Positions 14,309 through 28,663 of a DNA stretch of 64,000 nt are shown piece by piece. Numbering within the stretch: position 1 is the first letter of the stretch; each line of letters starts with the position of its first letter. The notes below the pieces were generated by a model. The model made no database searches and had not been told where the DNA came from. It worked only from the letters and a program-made list of their open reading frames with translations. The stretch spans positions 356,624,001 to 356,688,000 of the forward strand of contig OZ024740.1 in assembly GCA_964016885.1 (NCBI GenBank), written 5' to 3'. Origin of the DNA: Eledone cirrhosa (Eukaryota). A program made the position numbers and the translations under genes.

Positions 14309-14440
14309 TAGTGGGTACTAAGTACCCACGGAAATATAATTTTTTATAATTCTGGTATCTCAAATTAGTACCATTGAATTTCCACTGTTATAGACACCAT
14401 TTATATTTCCGTGGGTACTTAGTACTCACTAGAATATTTA
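14304..14440. repeat. Short fold-back element next to (TA)n
   Basis: TTCTAGTGGGTACTAAGTACCCACGGAAATATAA ... TTATATTTCCGTGGGTACTTAGTACTCACTAGAA inverted arms. Confidence 0.8.
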
Positions 14441-14809
14441 TATAATTTATTTGTATTCTCCTTCTATGTAGAGAAAAAAATGTTGTATCGTGCTGCTATT
14501 TCTAGTAACATAAAATTTCAACAAGTCTATAATTCCCGCTTTTTCCAAACGGCCTATTTATGTGTAGGTCACTTTAACAGCCTGACCTCATACATTGGGC
14601 AGAAAGCAATATGTTTACTACTACAAGGCTTTTGTGCCCTGTGTTTGGAAATAGCTGTCTGAAGAGTTGATCCTTTCCATTAGAAATTCTCTGAATTTCC
14701 AATCTTTTGATTAGCGAAACCGTCGGTCACAGCACTAGAAGAGGCGAATATTTAAATCGTATTTTAATTTATTTAAAAGATTGTTTAATGTTTACTTGTT
14801 CCGCTCATT

Positions 14810-14959
<150 letters not shown>

Positions 14960-15294
14960 CATATATATATGTATGCATGTATATCGATACGCTAATTCGT
15001 AACGTCGTTATAGCATCAGTTTAAAGGCCTCAATATTTGTTCTGACTCTCTATTCTCGAATCCCGCCTTGATCAACGTTGTATTTCACCCTTACAGAGTG
15101 TAAAGTGACAGTTCAAAGGTGGGGAATTATTGGAGTTATTAAAGGAGCCAACAATATGCATTGCTGTATCTATTTCTGCCCTGTGTGTTCTGAGTTAAAA
15201 TTAAGCCTCTGGCCATCGGAAAACCAATGATATATTCCCGTTTTCCCAGGAGTTCCGACCGGAATTTAATAGCAGCAATGGGATGACCAATGGA

Positions 15295-15340
<46 letters not shown>

Positions 15341-15507
15341 GTTTCCGCTCCGACATAGCTGTATACATGTAAGTATGTGAATTTCGTATACCGAATGATA
15401 TACTGTATGTTTGCGACTAAACATTTAGAAAGCCTTCTATCTATGAATATTGAAAGGCTGACGGCTGGTACCGTCTAGCGGATTCGCACTGAAGTAGCGG
15501 GGGACAA

Positions 15508-15546
15508 CTGTTAGGGATTTCTGGCTCCGGCCCTCATCAGGACAAC
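15508..15546 (-). ncRNA. Minimal type I hammerhead candidate in a ~350-bp insert (15337-15692) between (TA)n tracts
   Basis: Minus strand reads TTGTC CTGATGA GGGC CGGA GCCA GAAA TCCC TA ACAG. The insert has CGCTCCGACATA near both ends. Confidence 0.5.
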
Positions 15547-15695
15547 GCTTGCCCTACCCTCTGCCCGAATATAAAACAGGCGAAAATGTATAGTTTTTTC
15601 ACCTATGTAGATAGGCTGATTAACCTCATTTGCATATGGATCTGTACAAGGGGCTCAACTTGAAAGTAGAATTAATAGATTCGCTCCGACATATA

Positions 15696-15753
<58 letters not shown>

Positions 15754-17778
15754 ATGTTGTAAATTATCTTTCCAGATTTTCGATATCCTTGTTTGTCTAT
15801 TGTAGTATTCTCAGCTAATTCAATACAATTATATATACGCTACTTTACATCTTGTTTTCTGTTTCTTTCGTTTGTAAATGTACGCTTGAGAATTCCTGTG
15901 TATACATATGATCGAGTAACTATTCCTCAGGGTATTTTGTTCGTGAAGTAACAACACTTAGGCTTCGATAAATAGAAATCGATAAAACAGAGATAAATTA
16001 TTGCTTTATATAATCAACAGTTCTTAATCGTAAAACAATAGTGCTGTTCACTGGCTATATATTAACACTAGCGCGTTAGTTGACAAGTCGTTTCTGCTAA
16101 AACGTGGAGTTTCGGTTCACCCTGTATTTAAATTATATTTTACTGGAAGCTTAATAATTAAATCAATGCTTAATTTTTCTGTGAAATAACTTTCTCTTTT
16201 TTGTTTTATACGCCAAGAAATATAAGGAAACCCGTAACATTTCAGAAAATATCGCACAGAAATACTTCTTCTCTTGACCTTATCATATTTGGGCAGAAAT
16301 ATCTTTTCACTTATCCATATGGCAAAAATATCCACTTAGACATATTAGAGACATTCTCGAAAATGAAATTACTAATTCATTAAGGTAACATCGAATATGA
16401 CACAAATACATTCTTTCTGGATTGAAAGGTTACGATGTGATATGATTCGTATTATCTAAGAGAAACTTGAAAACGGTAAATAATTGGATTTGGTATTTAT
16501 TTATTGTCCAGGCAGTTATTTCCGTGATTTTCACTTAAATACACTACAGCTCTCAAATGACAGACAAGGTAGAGCAGCGGACAAAATGATTTGTGATATC
16601 TAGTTAGCTCTCTTTACATTATAAGCTCAAATCACACCGAGATAAACGTTGATTTTTATTACTCTACTGTAGATGGAATATAAAATGTGTACCAGTCTGT
16701 ATATCTACTTCACCACAGAAAACAGTGTATATCCCAACATGAGTCCTGTCCAACGTGCAAAACCATTAAAGGAATGAACAAATAAATAGTTATATTCATT
16801 TATTTGAATTATAAAACAAATTAGCAGTCATTACAAATATCGTCTGTGAAATGAGTTGCTAGAATAACTAATGTCTACATCATAAACCCCGGATATTACA
16901 TCTATATTAATATCACACGTTTGATAAAAATATTATACTTACATACAGAGTTCCACATACACGTATTTATTAATTCAGATACGCATACGCAGCTGTCATA
17001 TACATATACATATTTGTGAAATTGTGTGTTTGTATAAGCGTATTTGTATTTGTGTATATTGTTGTATACTAGATGAATGAAAAATTAATTTAATAAATAA
17101 TTATTGCTTAAACGAGAATTGTAACACTTATAAAGCTTATAGAATACAGAAGATAAAGTATGGCTGGCGGAAATTACTTCACAGTGATTTACATGAAAGA
17201 TTCGTATACAGTGGGGGTCTCATACATGTAAGGTAATGAGGTGAATAACATTGACTAACTTAGAAATAACCTTACAATTAGCAGACAGCAGCTAAATACA
17301 CAGGTCTTTTAATTATAAAAGTAACAAACAAGGGAGATAATACGAATAGGATCAATTGACTGGAATTTTAGGAAATTATAGTAATAAGTTTTGAACTCAT
17401 TTAGTTGCACTATATTAACTATATCGGACTCTACAACACACAGGCATATATATGTTCATTAACGGTAGAGCTGTTCTGCCAGAGAATGGGTCGCATGTGG
17501 CGGATAGCGATACGGCCACCAGATATAATGGTTAGTTGCGGTATAAACGGGCAATTGCTGCACGAATAAGCAACTCCGGACGAACAGCATAAACTACTGA
17601 GGAGATGGAGCAATGAACACTCCTATGATGCTCCTATGAACACTCTCACAACGAAGGTGTGACGAGGCGAGTAAATTGCAATGCCGAGACCAAGTAAGTG
17701 ACGTAGTCACTACTTTAAAACTCATAGTGAATGGTCTTCAAAATGTTTTTAGATAAAAATACAGTATATTATCAAATA

Positions 17779-18208
<430 letters not shown>

Positions 18209-18294
18209 AGTAATAATAATAAATTTGAAGACTAAAATCCAAAGAGTGCTCGATAAGGATAAATATATATCAAATATATAAGAACCCTAGAGCA

Positions 18295-18445
18295 AATATT
18301 TATTAAAATAACAGATTAAAGTTTAAGCAAAGAATCGCTGCTTTCACCCTTAACGAGATCTTCTGAAACTACAAAAAATCAATCTGTGAACGCAGAAGTA
18401 AAGCGATTCTTTGCTTAAACTTTCATCTGTTATTTTAATAAATAT
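18295..18445. repeat. Fold-back element, ~48-bp arms
   Basis: ATATTTATTAAAATAACAGATTAAAGTTTAAGCAAAGAATCGCT versus AGCGATTCTTTGCTTAAACTTTCATCTGTTATTTTAATAAATAT. Confidence 0.8.
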
Positions 18446-18747
18446 ATATATATATATACACAGGTTTACGAAGTTAGTCGAAGAGAATCATCACAACTTC
18501 GGCCGTTTCCTTATTCACTAAATGATGTAATCGGTTTATTTTATTAGACATACAAACCCATTATTCAGAGTACACACATACGTTAATCAGTAAGATAAAT
18601 GACTTTATGTGGGTATGATAATAATATATTAAATATACCTGAGCCATGTATAGTTTCTGCATCTTGACCTGTCAACAATAGGTCCAACTGGAACCAATAT
18701 TCACATTAATTAGATAATTGTTTCTATTTCTAGCACAACGCCCGCAA

Positions 18748-18865
18748 TTATCCCAGTACATTACTGGTACTTTATTTTATCGACCCCGTAAGGAAGAAAG
18801 GCAAAGTAAAACTCGGCAGGATTTGAACGCAGACCATAAAGGGCCGTAACTCTTTGCTGCTAAGC
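18748..18865 (-). mobile_element. Short tRNA-derived SINE (family 'GTTCAAATCCCGCCGAGG..GGGGTCGATAAAATAAAGTACCAG')
   Basis: Reverse complement of the same consensus seen at 24160-24245, 28203-28388 and 36354-36465. Weaker copies near 15050, 16600, 62170 and 62830. Confidence 0.7.
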
Positions 18866-19147
18866 ATTAATTAAATAATATCATCAAACATTACGTAGTT
18901 TGGATTGAGATTCTTTTTAGCGTATTTTAGCCACCCAAGTATGGAAAACGATGTCTAGCCGACGAGTACAAAACCAGTCGCAGTCAGAAACAAATGTAGT
19001 AGCCATACTAGATTTTTAGAGACACGTGAATTCTCCACACAGCGGAGGTAAATCAAGCCTGACAATTGTTGGTGAATACTTTGTTTTAACATATGTTGGT
19101 GAATACTATTGTTTTAAAATAGAAAGATTGAATATACGCTAAAAGCA

Positions 19148-19190
<43 letters not shown>

Positions 19191-19399
19191 GGGGGGGCGT
19201 GTGTGTAATGTTTAATATAGAAATTGCCTCTGCAGTACTAGAAGTGTTTCATTCGAAGGAAATCATCAAGAAAGAGTACCTTACATACTGTGTGTGTATG
19301 TATCCGGGTTCAATCGGGGGTAATCACAGTAAGTAAGGTACACTTTTTTGATGAGATGGAATTGGTCAGAGTATCGCCTAAGGCTTTCTCTGTTTATGT

Positions 19400-19435
<36 letters not shown>

Positions 19436-19625
19436 ATACATAAACAGAGAAAGCCTTAGGCGATACTCCGACCAACTCCATCTCACTCAACAAACATTAG
19501 GATATACTTAAGTATTATCCCAATTTAGTGTTTGGGGTGCTAACTAATCAGTATTTCGTGGATAATTGGTTGTATTATTTTATATGAGACATTATTAAAT
19601 AAATATCTCATTTCTTCCAGACGGC

Positions 19626-19681
<56 letters not shown>

Positions 19682-19732
19682 GGGGGGGGGTATATATCTT
19701 GGAAAGGCAAGTTGTAATCTGCTAAATATACC

Positions 19733-20045
19733 TTCTTCATCTTGCTCTTGCTTGACGAGGCTGAGATCATCCTAAATCAGCGATCCCGAAGCAGCGGCTT
19801 GCGTAGAGCCGACCTGTTTCGCAACAGATTAATGTTTTTTCTGTGGGTTGCTGGTCCACCACAGAATAGTCGGATAATGGGGCTGCCATCTTGGCGGCGT
19901 GGCCACATGTCGCGGGTCACTGTTAGTCTGGAACCTGCCCGGGAAACCGAACCGCCAAGGGTGGCCCTACCAGGAGCAAAGCTCCAGACGGTAACGCTCT
20001 CTCGGTTTTACGGAACACACAAGCTCACTCGCCACGACAAGGCCA
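19733..20045 (-). mobile_element. Short RTE-derived non-autonomous element
   Basis: Minus strand starts GGCCTTGTCGTGGCGAGTGAGCTTGTGTGTTCC..CTCCTGGTAGGGCCACCC..CCAGACTAA, resembling RTE/BovB-type 5' ends, and ends in GATGAAGAAG. Confidence 0.5.
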
Positions 20046-20559
20046 GATAGAACATAATTCGTCCTTGAACAATATAGAGATTCCTGAAACATTTCATAGA
20101 AGATTAGTATTATTTTACCTGCATCTTGTAAGTGGAAATCTCTCTGTTGCCTTCTTATTGATATTCCTATAAATGTTTTTCCTTTAATGTTGTCATAAAT
20201 TTAGTTTTATATTGTATATACTATTTACTGTTTCGTTCAGAAATTGTATTGATAAATAAATTGATAATCAATTTGAATACATCCTCTGGCATAATAAGTT
20301 ACTGATTAAGGTTGGCAATATAATGGTGCTTGCCAAAAATGAATATTAATGCCGAAAGGAAATAGCAATAATTATAAAAAAAAAAAATATGCATCACAAG
20401 AACAATACCTGCTAAGTTTCTAATATTTCTTTACCCGGTCTGAAATTTGTTTGACGGGTAGTTTAATTTACCCTCCCCATAAAAATTTACGCATTTATTG
20501 AAGACAGCACGATAAAAAAAGATATGCATGTAGTTTAAAAGGTAGCCTGGTTTGATTTA

Positions 20560-20770
20560 ATTAACACTTTGACTTAGACATAGCTCTCATTTCTATAGTA
20601 AAAATATCCTGATGAAAATGCTCACCATGCCCATCACATACTGTAGCCTGATGTTTGAAAAGGATTCTACTGAGAATCCAAGAAATGAACCTTAATGTCG
20701 CATAATATTTCAGAATATTTTGGCCTTCCTCAAATGTTTGTACAGTCATGTTCGAAACTCTCACACAACT
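20560..20770 (-). pseudogene. DNA-transposase relic (probably Chapaev3-like)
   Basis: IKVHFLDSQ* followed, after a frameshift, by ATVCDGHGEHFHQDIFTIEMR, matching the LKIHFLHSHL..SDEHGERFHQDI..ME.R motif. Family assignment is from memory. Confidence 0.5.
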
Positions 20771-21699
20771 TTCTCAATTTCCTTCAATTCTGTTTCAATT
20801 ATTTTATCCCTTCCTTCAGTGATGGCCTTACCCATCGTTTAATGGAGTTGAGCAACTAAATCGTGTATAGAATAGCAGGATAAACCTGAAAATAAAAAAA
20901 ATAAAAGTACTTTCTTTTTAAATATTCACCTTTTGAATTTTAAATCACTTAACAGAAATATACATTTATGAAATGTTTTCGACCTGTTACCTTCAATAGA
21001 CCTAAAAAATTACCTAAACAAGTTAATGCAGTTAGGTATAAGACCCAGGAAAGAGAAAATCTTGCTTACGTCTGCGCTAAAACTTCCATATTTCATTCAG
21101 TTGCATTTTAATATCAGAGATATTTTTCTCTTCAATTTCACTTTTCTTTTTACTTCATATTACTTTCTGCCCTTTTATTTAACAAAATGAACCCACTCTC
21201 ATCTTGACATCACTGATGTGATTAAATATCTTTCCTTAGTATTTTATGTCAGTTTGGGACTTACCTATCGTTTTAATAATTTTGAGCAACTATATAGTGT
21301 ATCATTACAGTACGAATAAAAAAGGCATAGTACTTTGAATTACAGCGTGATTCAGAATAAATTTATATGTGGACACATATACAATGTTTGTCTATAATAG
21401 ACTAACATATATAGTCCCGCTGAGTATTTTGGGCTGTGATCACCTAACTCAGAATAGGTGTAAGAGCGCTGTATGTATGTATTTCAGGATTATTATCCAT
21501 TTATAGCAGGTGGTCTCTTTCTTCGAGACACTGAGCTATGAAAGAGTTGAAATTCTTATAGATCTTGTAAAGAACCTATTTATGTTGACAGCATATTTAC
21601 ATAATATTAATCAATACCCAGCCATAGAAGCTTGTACAATATAAGATTTCAACAAAAATAGTTAGTTTTTCAAATATATAAAATATACTGTCATGACAA

Positions 21700-22500
21700 G
21701 TTGGTGCTGATGCACATGGAGAATAGGAGTATGTCGTTCGTGTTCTCGAGGCTGATAACTTTATATCATATTAAACAATCGTATGTATTAATCGACATAT
21801 CTTTCTCTGAGTAATTGGTGTTACTCTAATATTTTACTGTATTTTTTTAGCTGCTTTACTTTAGTGCATCTTTTTGTCACTAACTACCTGTTGGCTTATT
21901 AAAAGAGTAGAAAGCGTATCTTTAATAAACCCATCTAGATGATTACACTATTTATATAGGTATTGGTATTTGTTGTTTCGTGTCTTTTAAAGGATTGTAG
22001 TAAACTGTTTCGATTCACAGTAACAGAAACCTTGGAAGGGTTTATGTTTGCACCAACAGTAATAAACAAGCCTGGGATTTTGAACAATAAGTGTATATTC
22101 CATTAAAATCGGTCTGTAGGTTGTTGGTTTAAAATAATGAAATAATAACAAGAAGTACATGGGATTTTTTAATATAAAGCGTTTATATAAAGGTTCATAA
22201 ATTATTTAATTAATCTAGATTGAATCAATCTAGAACAGAATATATGTTTTGGCACGTAAAACAATATTGGTGACAGTCGTTTTGATGAATGGTATAAGGT
22301 GTGTAAAATTTAGGGAAACATTATACATGTTAGTATATTCGGGTATTAATCCTTAAGTTGGGTTTTAGAAAAATGGCAATTGTCCTTGAACGATTGTATG
22401 TAAATCAGTATTATTCCAAATCAGTAGATTATTCATGTTAATTGGTTGAATTCTAGAATCTAAAATTTTTCAAAAGTTAAATGAATCTATATAAGGGTGG
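21700..22500 (-). mobile_element. Heavily decayed Hydra-like PLE relic
   Basis: Broken remnants resembling KD..NP..RLI (about 22340-22390) and LFN..IKLS (about 21740-21790); many stops. Confidence 0.3.
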
Positions 22501-23047
22501 TTTGTGAAGTTAGGCTTATGGATCCTAAGAGTATACTATGATTTTTAAGTCTTCTCAATGATATTAATGCTGTTTAACATTGTTTACTTTTACTAGATAT
22601 ATATATATCTTATATACTCGAAAAATAGTGGACCTCATGTAATGTAAAACTCGACCCCTATTTTTAGCCAAAAAATTTGAACTCTTCCATAGACCTCCTA
22701 TAAATGTTGACCCTAGTCAACATTTGTGGATGTACATAGAAACAATACTGTTAAAAAAATCGTCATGAGTTTAAAGCAAATTACTATTATTGCAAATACA
22801 TGTCTTAAAGTGGAATGCTCGGTGCTTGTAGTAAAACACCATATAATACTGAGCACTATACCTCTGTTGGGGGGTGCTACATCACCATTACTAAAATGAA
22901 GCTTAAAAAACACTTGCGAGCAGTGAAGTGTTAAATCAACATATTCTATCTGATGAGAACGCAAATATCATCCCATGATGATATTTGTTTTTGAAATGCG
23001 CATAATAAAATACATGGAACTCTTTTAACCATCTTTTGATCTTATAT

Positions 23048-23091
<44 letters not shown>

Positions 23092-23182
23092 ATTTCCCTT
23101 ATGTTTGTGTTTCTCTTACCTTTTCTAAATACTAATTTTTAGTAGCCACACAGGGCCTTTGTCACTTTTAATTCATGTGTGG

Positions 23183-23215
<33 letters not shown>

Positions 23216-24533
23216 TCTGCTGGGAAGGGGCTTGTGATAGAATATTTTGATTTTGTTTTTAAAATTTCATATTAATTTTATCAGATAAGATAATGAGATT
23301 CTGAGTCGGGCAATTCTATTTTGTTTTGTAGTAATTTATATAAACATTATGTATTACATAATAAAATGAAAATCTTTATATTGAATAACATTAATAATAA
23401 TAATTATTATTATTATTTATTTTAGGAGCTTCAATAGCAATGTTGTTTGTTTAATTAAAACAAATACAATTATCTTGTTTTTTCATAGACGTTTTGCTGA
23501 AATAGATTTCATGCCATTAAAATCCCATTATAACATAATTGTACATCTATACGTTAACAAAGATCAATGGATTTTTCTAAAATGTTAAATATTTAAGGAG
23601 TTGGCTTCATGATGTTTCATTTAATTTTCTTTTCATTATCAAACTAAATTATGCTGCCACATGTCTTCCAAAATACGCTTTTCAACCAATCCCACAAGTG
23701 GGTACGATTGGAATTTCAAAGGAATGGACATCTGTCAATTTCGATGATGTGTGTTCCAATTGCTCAATCAACGGAACAGCGTGTTCTTGAAATTAACGTG
23801 TAAATGGCTAAGCATTTCACAAAGACGTGTACAACTGAGGTGATTCTCATATGATTGAACGTGACACAGTGTGTGTGGTAAGGCAGGTCCTTTGGATACG
23901 ACCGGTTTGATAACTGTTTTCCACTATACAATTTCACTCACACGGAAAAACATGATAAAGAACATTTTCGCAAAATGCTACGCAATGGGGTCGGACCCGG
24001 TACCTAATAATTGCGAAGTGAGCTTTTTAAATATTCTACCATGCTGCGACTATGTTCACACTTCAACATCTAACATTATTACTTACATTTGGGTGGATTG
24101 GCAGTATAAGTAGAGGGTAGAACAATAAGCTTAGCGACATAGAGTAACATGCCTTTACGTTCTGAGTGTAAATCCCGCCAAGGTTAGCTTTGCCATTCAT
24201 CCTTACGGGGTCGATAAATTAAAGTACCAGTAATGCACTGGAGTGAATTTAATCGAATTTCACCTCATGCCTAAATCAGAAATAATTCTTATATTTGTTT
24301 CAATCTCATAGCATTACCTTCCCCCTGATTATATATCGCTGATAACTTTGGTCCTATCTCATATTATTTCGCTCACTATTTTAATTTGTTCAACTATTTT
24401 AATTAACACATTACAGCATATATCACTTATTATGATACTATATTTCAATACAGACAGAATAGTTTGGCAAAATTTAAAGTCATTCTCTTCTTTTCAGATA
24501 TATATGTGCGTGCGAGTGTGTATGTATGCATAC

Positions 24534-24581
<48 letters not shown>

Positions 24582-24609
24582 ATGTATGTATATATATATA
24601 TATATACAT

Positions 24610-25216
24610 GGTGGCTGCCAACTCGTTTTCGAGTACGGCCACTACTTTATATCCATGTAGGAGAACCCCTACCAATGCGCTGAACGAGTGTGACTTTTTA
24701 GTCCAGCCAGCGACTTGAAAACTCTGGTACAAACACTACACCTGTGACAATTATTGACACATAGTGCTGGGCCCATGGTACCATGTGACGACAAGTGCAG
24801 AGAGATCTCCAGATATAAAGCAATGCCTGTGCCGTGAAGCTTTTATAGTGAGCAAAGGCACTGCACAAAGCCAGTCCCACTCTCTTAACCAAGATGATAT
24901 TTACCAAAAAGAAGAACAAGTCAACATCATTGGATACCATCAGAGTTGCAGGTGTTATATCAGAGTTTTCCTTCTCCTAGAATTCTGCCTTGACAAAGGC
25001 TAAGGGGTCATCTCTCCCGGTGATTTTGGATGGCCATTGACTCTTAAGAGCTCCTTTGCCCTTTGACAGGTTTTGTTTTTAGTCCTGCAGGATGTCCAAA
25101 GTCACCCTCCTCACCAAGAAACCTTGGTGGGGTTGCCAGTTTAGTCGCCAACGACCCGACCATGAGACAGGTTGTACTGGGATACATGTTACCAGTAGCA
25201 CCAACTAGTGACCTGA
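24610..25216 (+). mobile_element. ~610-bp (CATA)n-associated element, copy 2
   Basis: Begins GGTGGCTGCCAACTCGTTTTCGAGT and ends CCAACTAGTGACCTGA-CATA; matches copies 1 and 3. Confidence 0.8.
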
Positions 25217-25634
25217 CATAAGTATATATATATATACACGCACATATACACACACATTATATATACACGCACACATACACACACATTATATATATATATA
25301 TACACGCACACACACACACACACATACACGCACACACACACAGACGCACACACACACACACGCACACATACACACACGCACACACACACACACACCATAT
25401 ATACACGCACACATACACACACGCACACATACACACACACTATATATATATACACGCAAATATACACACAACGCACATATACACACACGCTATATATACA
25501 TATACACGCACACACGCACACATATATACACGCACACACACACACACATACACACACGCACACATACACACACATATACACGCACACACACACAGACGCA
25601 CACACACACACACACCATATATATATGTAAGGTA

Positions 25635-26240
25635 ATGGATTGGCAGTATCGGTAGAGGGTCGGACGCCATGCCCTGACGCATAGAGTTACGGCCCCTTCC
25701 ACCCCGAGCTCAAATCCCACCGAGGCCAACCCCGCCCCTCATCCCCACGAGGTCGACAAAACAAAGTACCAGCAATGTACTGGTTAATTGCTGGCCATGT
25801 GCCAATAGCAGAAACAATTATATATACAATGTGTGTGTATATGTGCGTGTATACATAATGTGTGTGCATATGTGCGTGTCTATATATAGTGTGTGCACAT
25901 GTGCGTGCATACATATGTGTGCACATGTGCGTGCACACATATATATATACACAACTGCCCCCGCCCCCGGCACAAGGCCAGCAAATACCCGGTACACCAC
26001 TGGTACCCCACCTCATCGACCCCGCAAGGATGAAAGGCAAAGCCAACCTCGGCGGGACCCGAACTCGATCGGCAAGGGCCGTAACTCCATGCGTCAAAGC
26101 ATGGCGTCCGACCCTCTACCGATACTGCCATTCCACAGCCATTATATATATATATATATATATGTCCCTTTACGATCTGAGTTCAAATCCCGCCGAGGCC
26201 GACCCCGCCCCTCATCCCCACGGGGTCGATAAAACAAAGC
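25635..26240. mobile_element. Cluster of three short SINEs (+ 25635-25818, - 25950-26135, + 26165-26240) with plus-strand T>C hypermutation
   Basis: They align to the copies at 28203-28388 and 36354-36465 except for numerous T>C changes. Confidence 0.85.
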
Positions 26241-26959
26241 ACATATATATACATACATACATACCTACACACACACCTATATATATATATATATATATAC
26301 ATACATATATAATATATATAATATATACATATACCATATATATATATATATATGTGTGTGGGTGTGTGTATGGGTGGGTGTGTATGTATGTATTTGAGTG
26401 CCTATGCGTATGTCTGTAGATATATTAGAGTATGAACGCTCGTGTGTATTACTGATACAACAACTGACAAACACTTTTAGATATTCTATTTAGCTTACTA
26501 ATAACTGGACACATTTGAAACGTAGCTTTTAGCAATGTTGCTTAACTTAGTCGGGTTGGTTATAGTCTCTCTATATAGCTACATTTACATATTTCTCTAT
26601 GTTACTATTTTTTAATATTGTTGTCATAAGCAGGTATCTTTAAAGCATACAAAACTTGCGTTGCTATAGAAGTGTAGAGTACTATATTTGATCGATAACA
26701 CAAATATTCTTCATACATTCAAACATTTAATTTCCTCATATATATATGTTTGGGTTTGTGTGTGTGTGTATGTGTATATATATATATATATATATATACG
26801 TACATACATACCTACACACACACATATATATGTATATATAAATATATATATATATATATATGTTTATTTTTATTTGTACCCCTTCGACTGTTCCCCCCCT
26901 TCTAAATGTCTCTCCACCACTCCCCCACACACCCTCGGAACTCTCTTCCCACCCACTTT

Positions 26960-27010
26960 TCTCCTGAAGAAGGGCTTATGCCCGAAACGTGCCCCCCACC
27001 CTCAAGAGCG
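26960..27010 (+). ncRNA. Hammerhead core in a solo pseudo-LTR fragment (26866-27068), apparently interrupted
   Basis: CTGAAGA AGGGC TTAT GCCC GAAA CGT, then a C-rich stretch before TCAAGAG. The fragment is flanked by (TA)n. Confidence 0.5.
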
Positions 27011-27064
27011 TGAAACTAATAAACCTTTGTTTGTTCTGCCTCTGTTTTGGTCCCGTTCCATTTT

Positions 27065-27129
<65 letters not shown>

Positions 27130-27225
27130 TATATACATATATAATATACTACTGACCAAATAATGTTTGGTATCAAGGGGTTAAAGACTTCTGTGAAATA
27201 AATTATTGGTGAAGGTGGTGTATAA

Positions 27226-27287
<62 letters not shown>

Positions 27288-27840
27288 GGATATTTAGTAA
27301 AATCGAATCTCTGGCGGTTTGCAAGCAAATTCGGCCTACTTATGAGGTGATGAGTTAGCAAAGCACTCGATAAGTTAGGTCCTTAGAGTAATAACATACG
27401 TTTAAATAGCTTGACAAATCTAACATTGTGGTAGGCAAAATCTAACCCACAATAATATACCAAAATAACGATAGAACTAACAGGTTGAGAAAAATACACC
27501 TGGACAAATCAAACGATTATATGTTTAAAGTGTTTCTTTGAATCCGAAATCAAATATCAGACTTACGTAACTGGCAAGCTCCAGGTATTTATGATCGAAC
27601 AGAGGATTCAGTTTTTCAACAGGGTTTCTATCTACCAAGGACGGGTTGATAGGCTAAATGTTGATGCTGTGTCGCGGCGTATCGTATCTATAGCTGTCAT
27701 GTGTTAATTCCAGCAAGGAAAATAACCCCGGGTTTTTGGCGGGTCAAAATGTTAGACAAAGGAAATACTTTAATTTCCGCTAATCATCAGAATAAGCTCT
27801 CGACCAGATGTTATAAAACAAACATAAATAATTAACCAAT

Positions 27841-27876
<36 letters not shown>

Positions 27877-28202
27877 GCGGACTGGCCAGTTTGCCAAGTT
27901 GCCTAATGGCAAGAGGATCCATAGTAGCATTGAAAGGGTCCACAGTAGCATTGCAGGGCTTAATGTAGTATTTTAGGGGCCAATGCTTTGCTTTAAAGAA
28001 TAACTGAAGTCTAAGAGAAAGAATAATTCTTTTTTTAATTAATAAAACAATTAAGCAAAGCATTTCGTTAACCAATTCCCCAGGGAATTACTAGAAACCA
28101 AAATATATGATAGTGCAAATAGCTGGAATGGTTGTACATTCTGCTAAATATACATATATAGACACACGTGCAAACATACATATATAGACACACACACACA
28201 AG

Positions 28203-28388
28203 CTGGATTGCCAGTATCAGTAGAGAGTCGGACGCCATGATTTGATTCATAGAGTTACGGCCCTTGTCATTCTGAGTTCAAATCCCGCCGAGGTTAACTT
28301 TGCCTTTCATCAGTACAGAGTCGATAAAATAAAGAACCAGTAATACACTGGATAGGTGCTGGCCTTGTGCCAAAAGTAGAAACAATTA
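28203..28388 (+). mobile_element. Short tRNA-derived SINE, unedited reference-like copy
   Basis: GAGTTCAAATCCCGCCGAGGTTAACTTTGCCTTTCATC..GTCGATAAAATAAAG..GGCCTTGTGCCAAAAGTAGAAACAATTA, then (TA)n. Confidence 0.8.
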
Positions 28389-28618
28389 TATATATATATA
28401 TATATATATTTCGTTTCTGAATTTGTTTAGCAAGATTCTTTATCTGAAATCGTGTGATGAAACCGATATTGTTATACTTTGGGAGGGTCATGTTGCCAAT
28501 AAGAAACACACGCACCAGTTGCTTTCACTTCAATTTATTATAATAAATTTATAAATTTACAAATTTATAAATTTCTGGTTGGTTGGTTGGTTCCACAACC
28601 AGATAGTTGTTTATATAT

Positions 28619-28663
28619 AGTCATAGTTCTTTCGTCACACACTCTGTGACCTCTTCAGTGACT
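28619..28663 (-). ncRNA. Minimal type I hammerhead ribozyme (pLTR, inverted copy)
   Basis: Reverse complement of 33232-33276. Confidence 0.75.

Noticed and set aside
22610-22720. Tc2/pogo-like terminal repeat (TATACTCG..GACC)
   Set aside because: Too degenerate, and no matching opposite TIR was found.
24610-24695. HDV-like ribozyme at the 5' end of the 610-bp element
   Set aside because: P1- and P2-like pairings exist, but the P3/L3 space is too short and no P1.1 GG follows P1.
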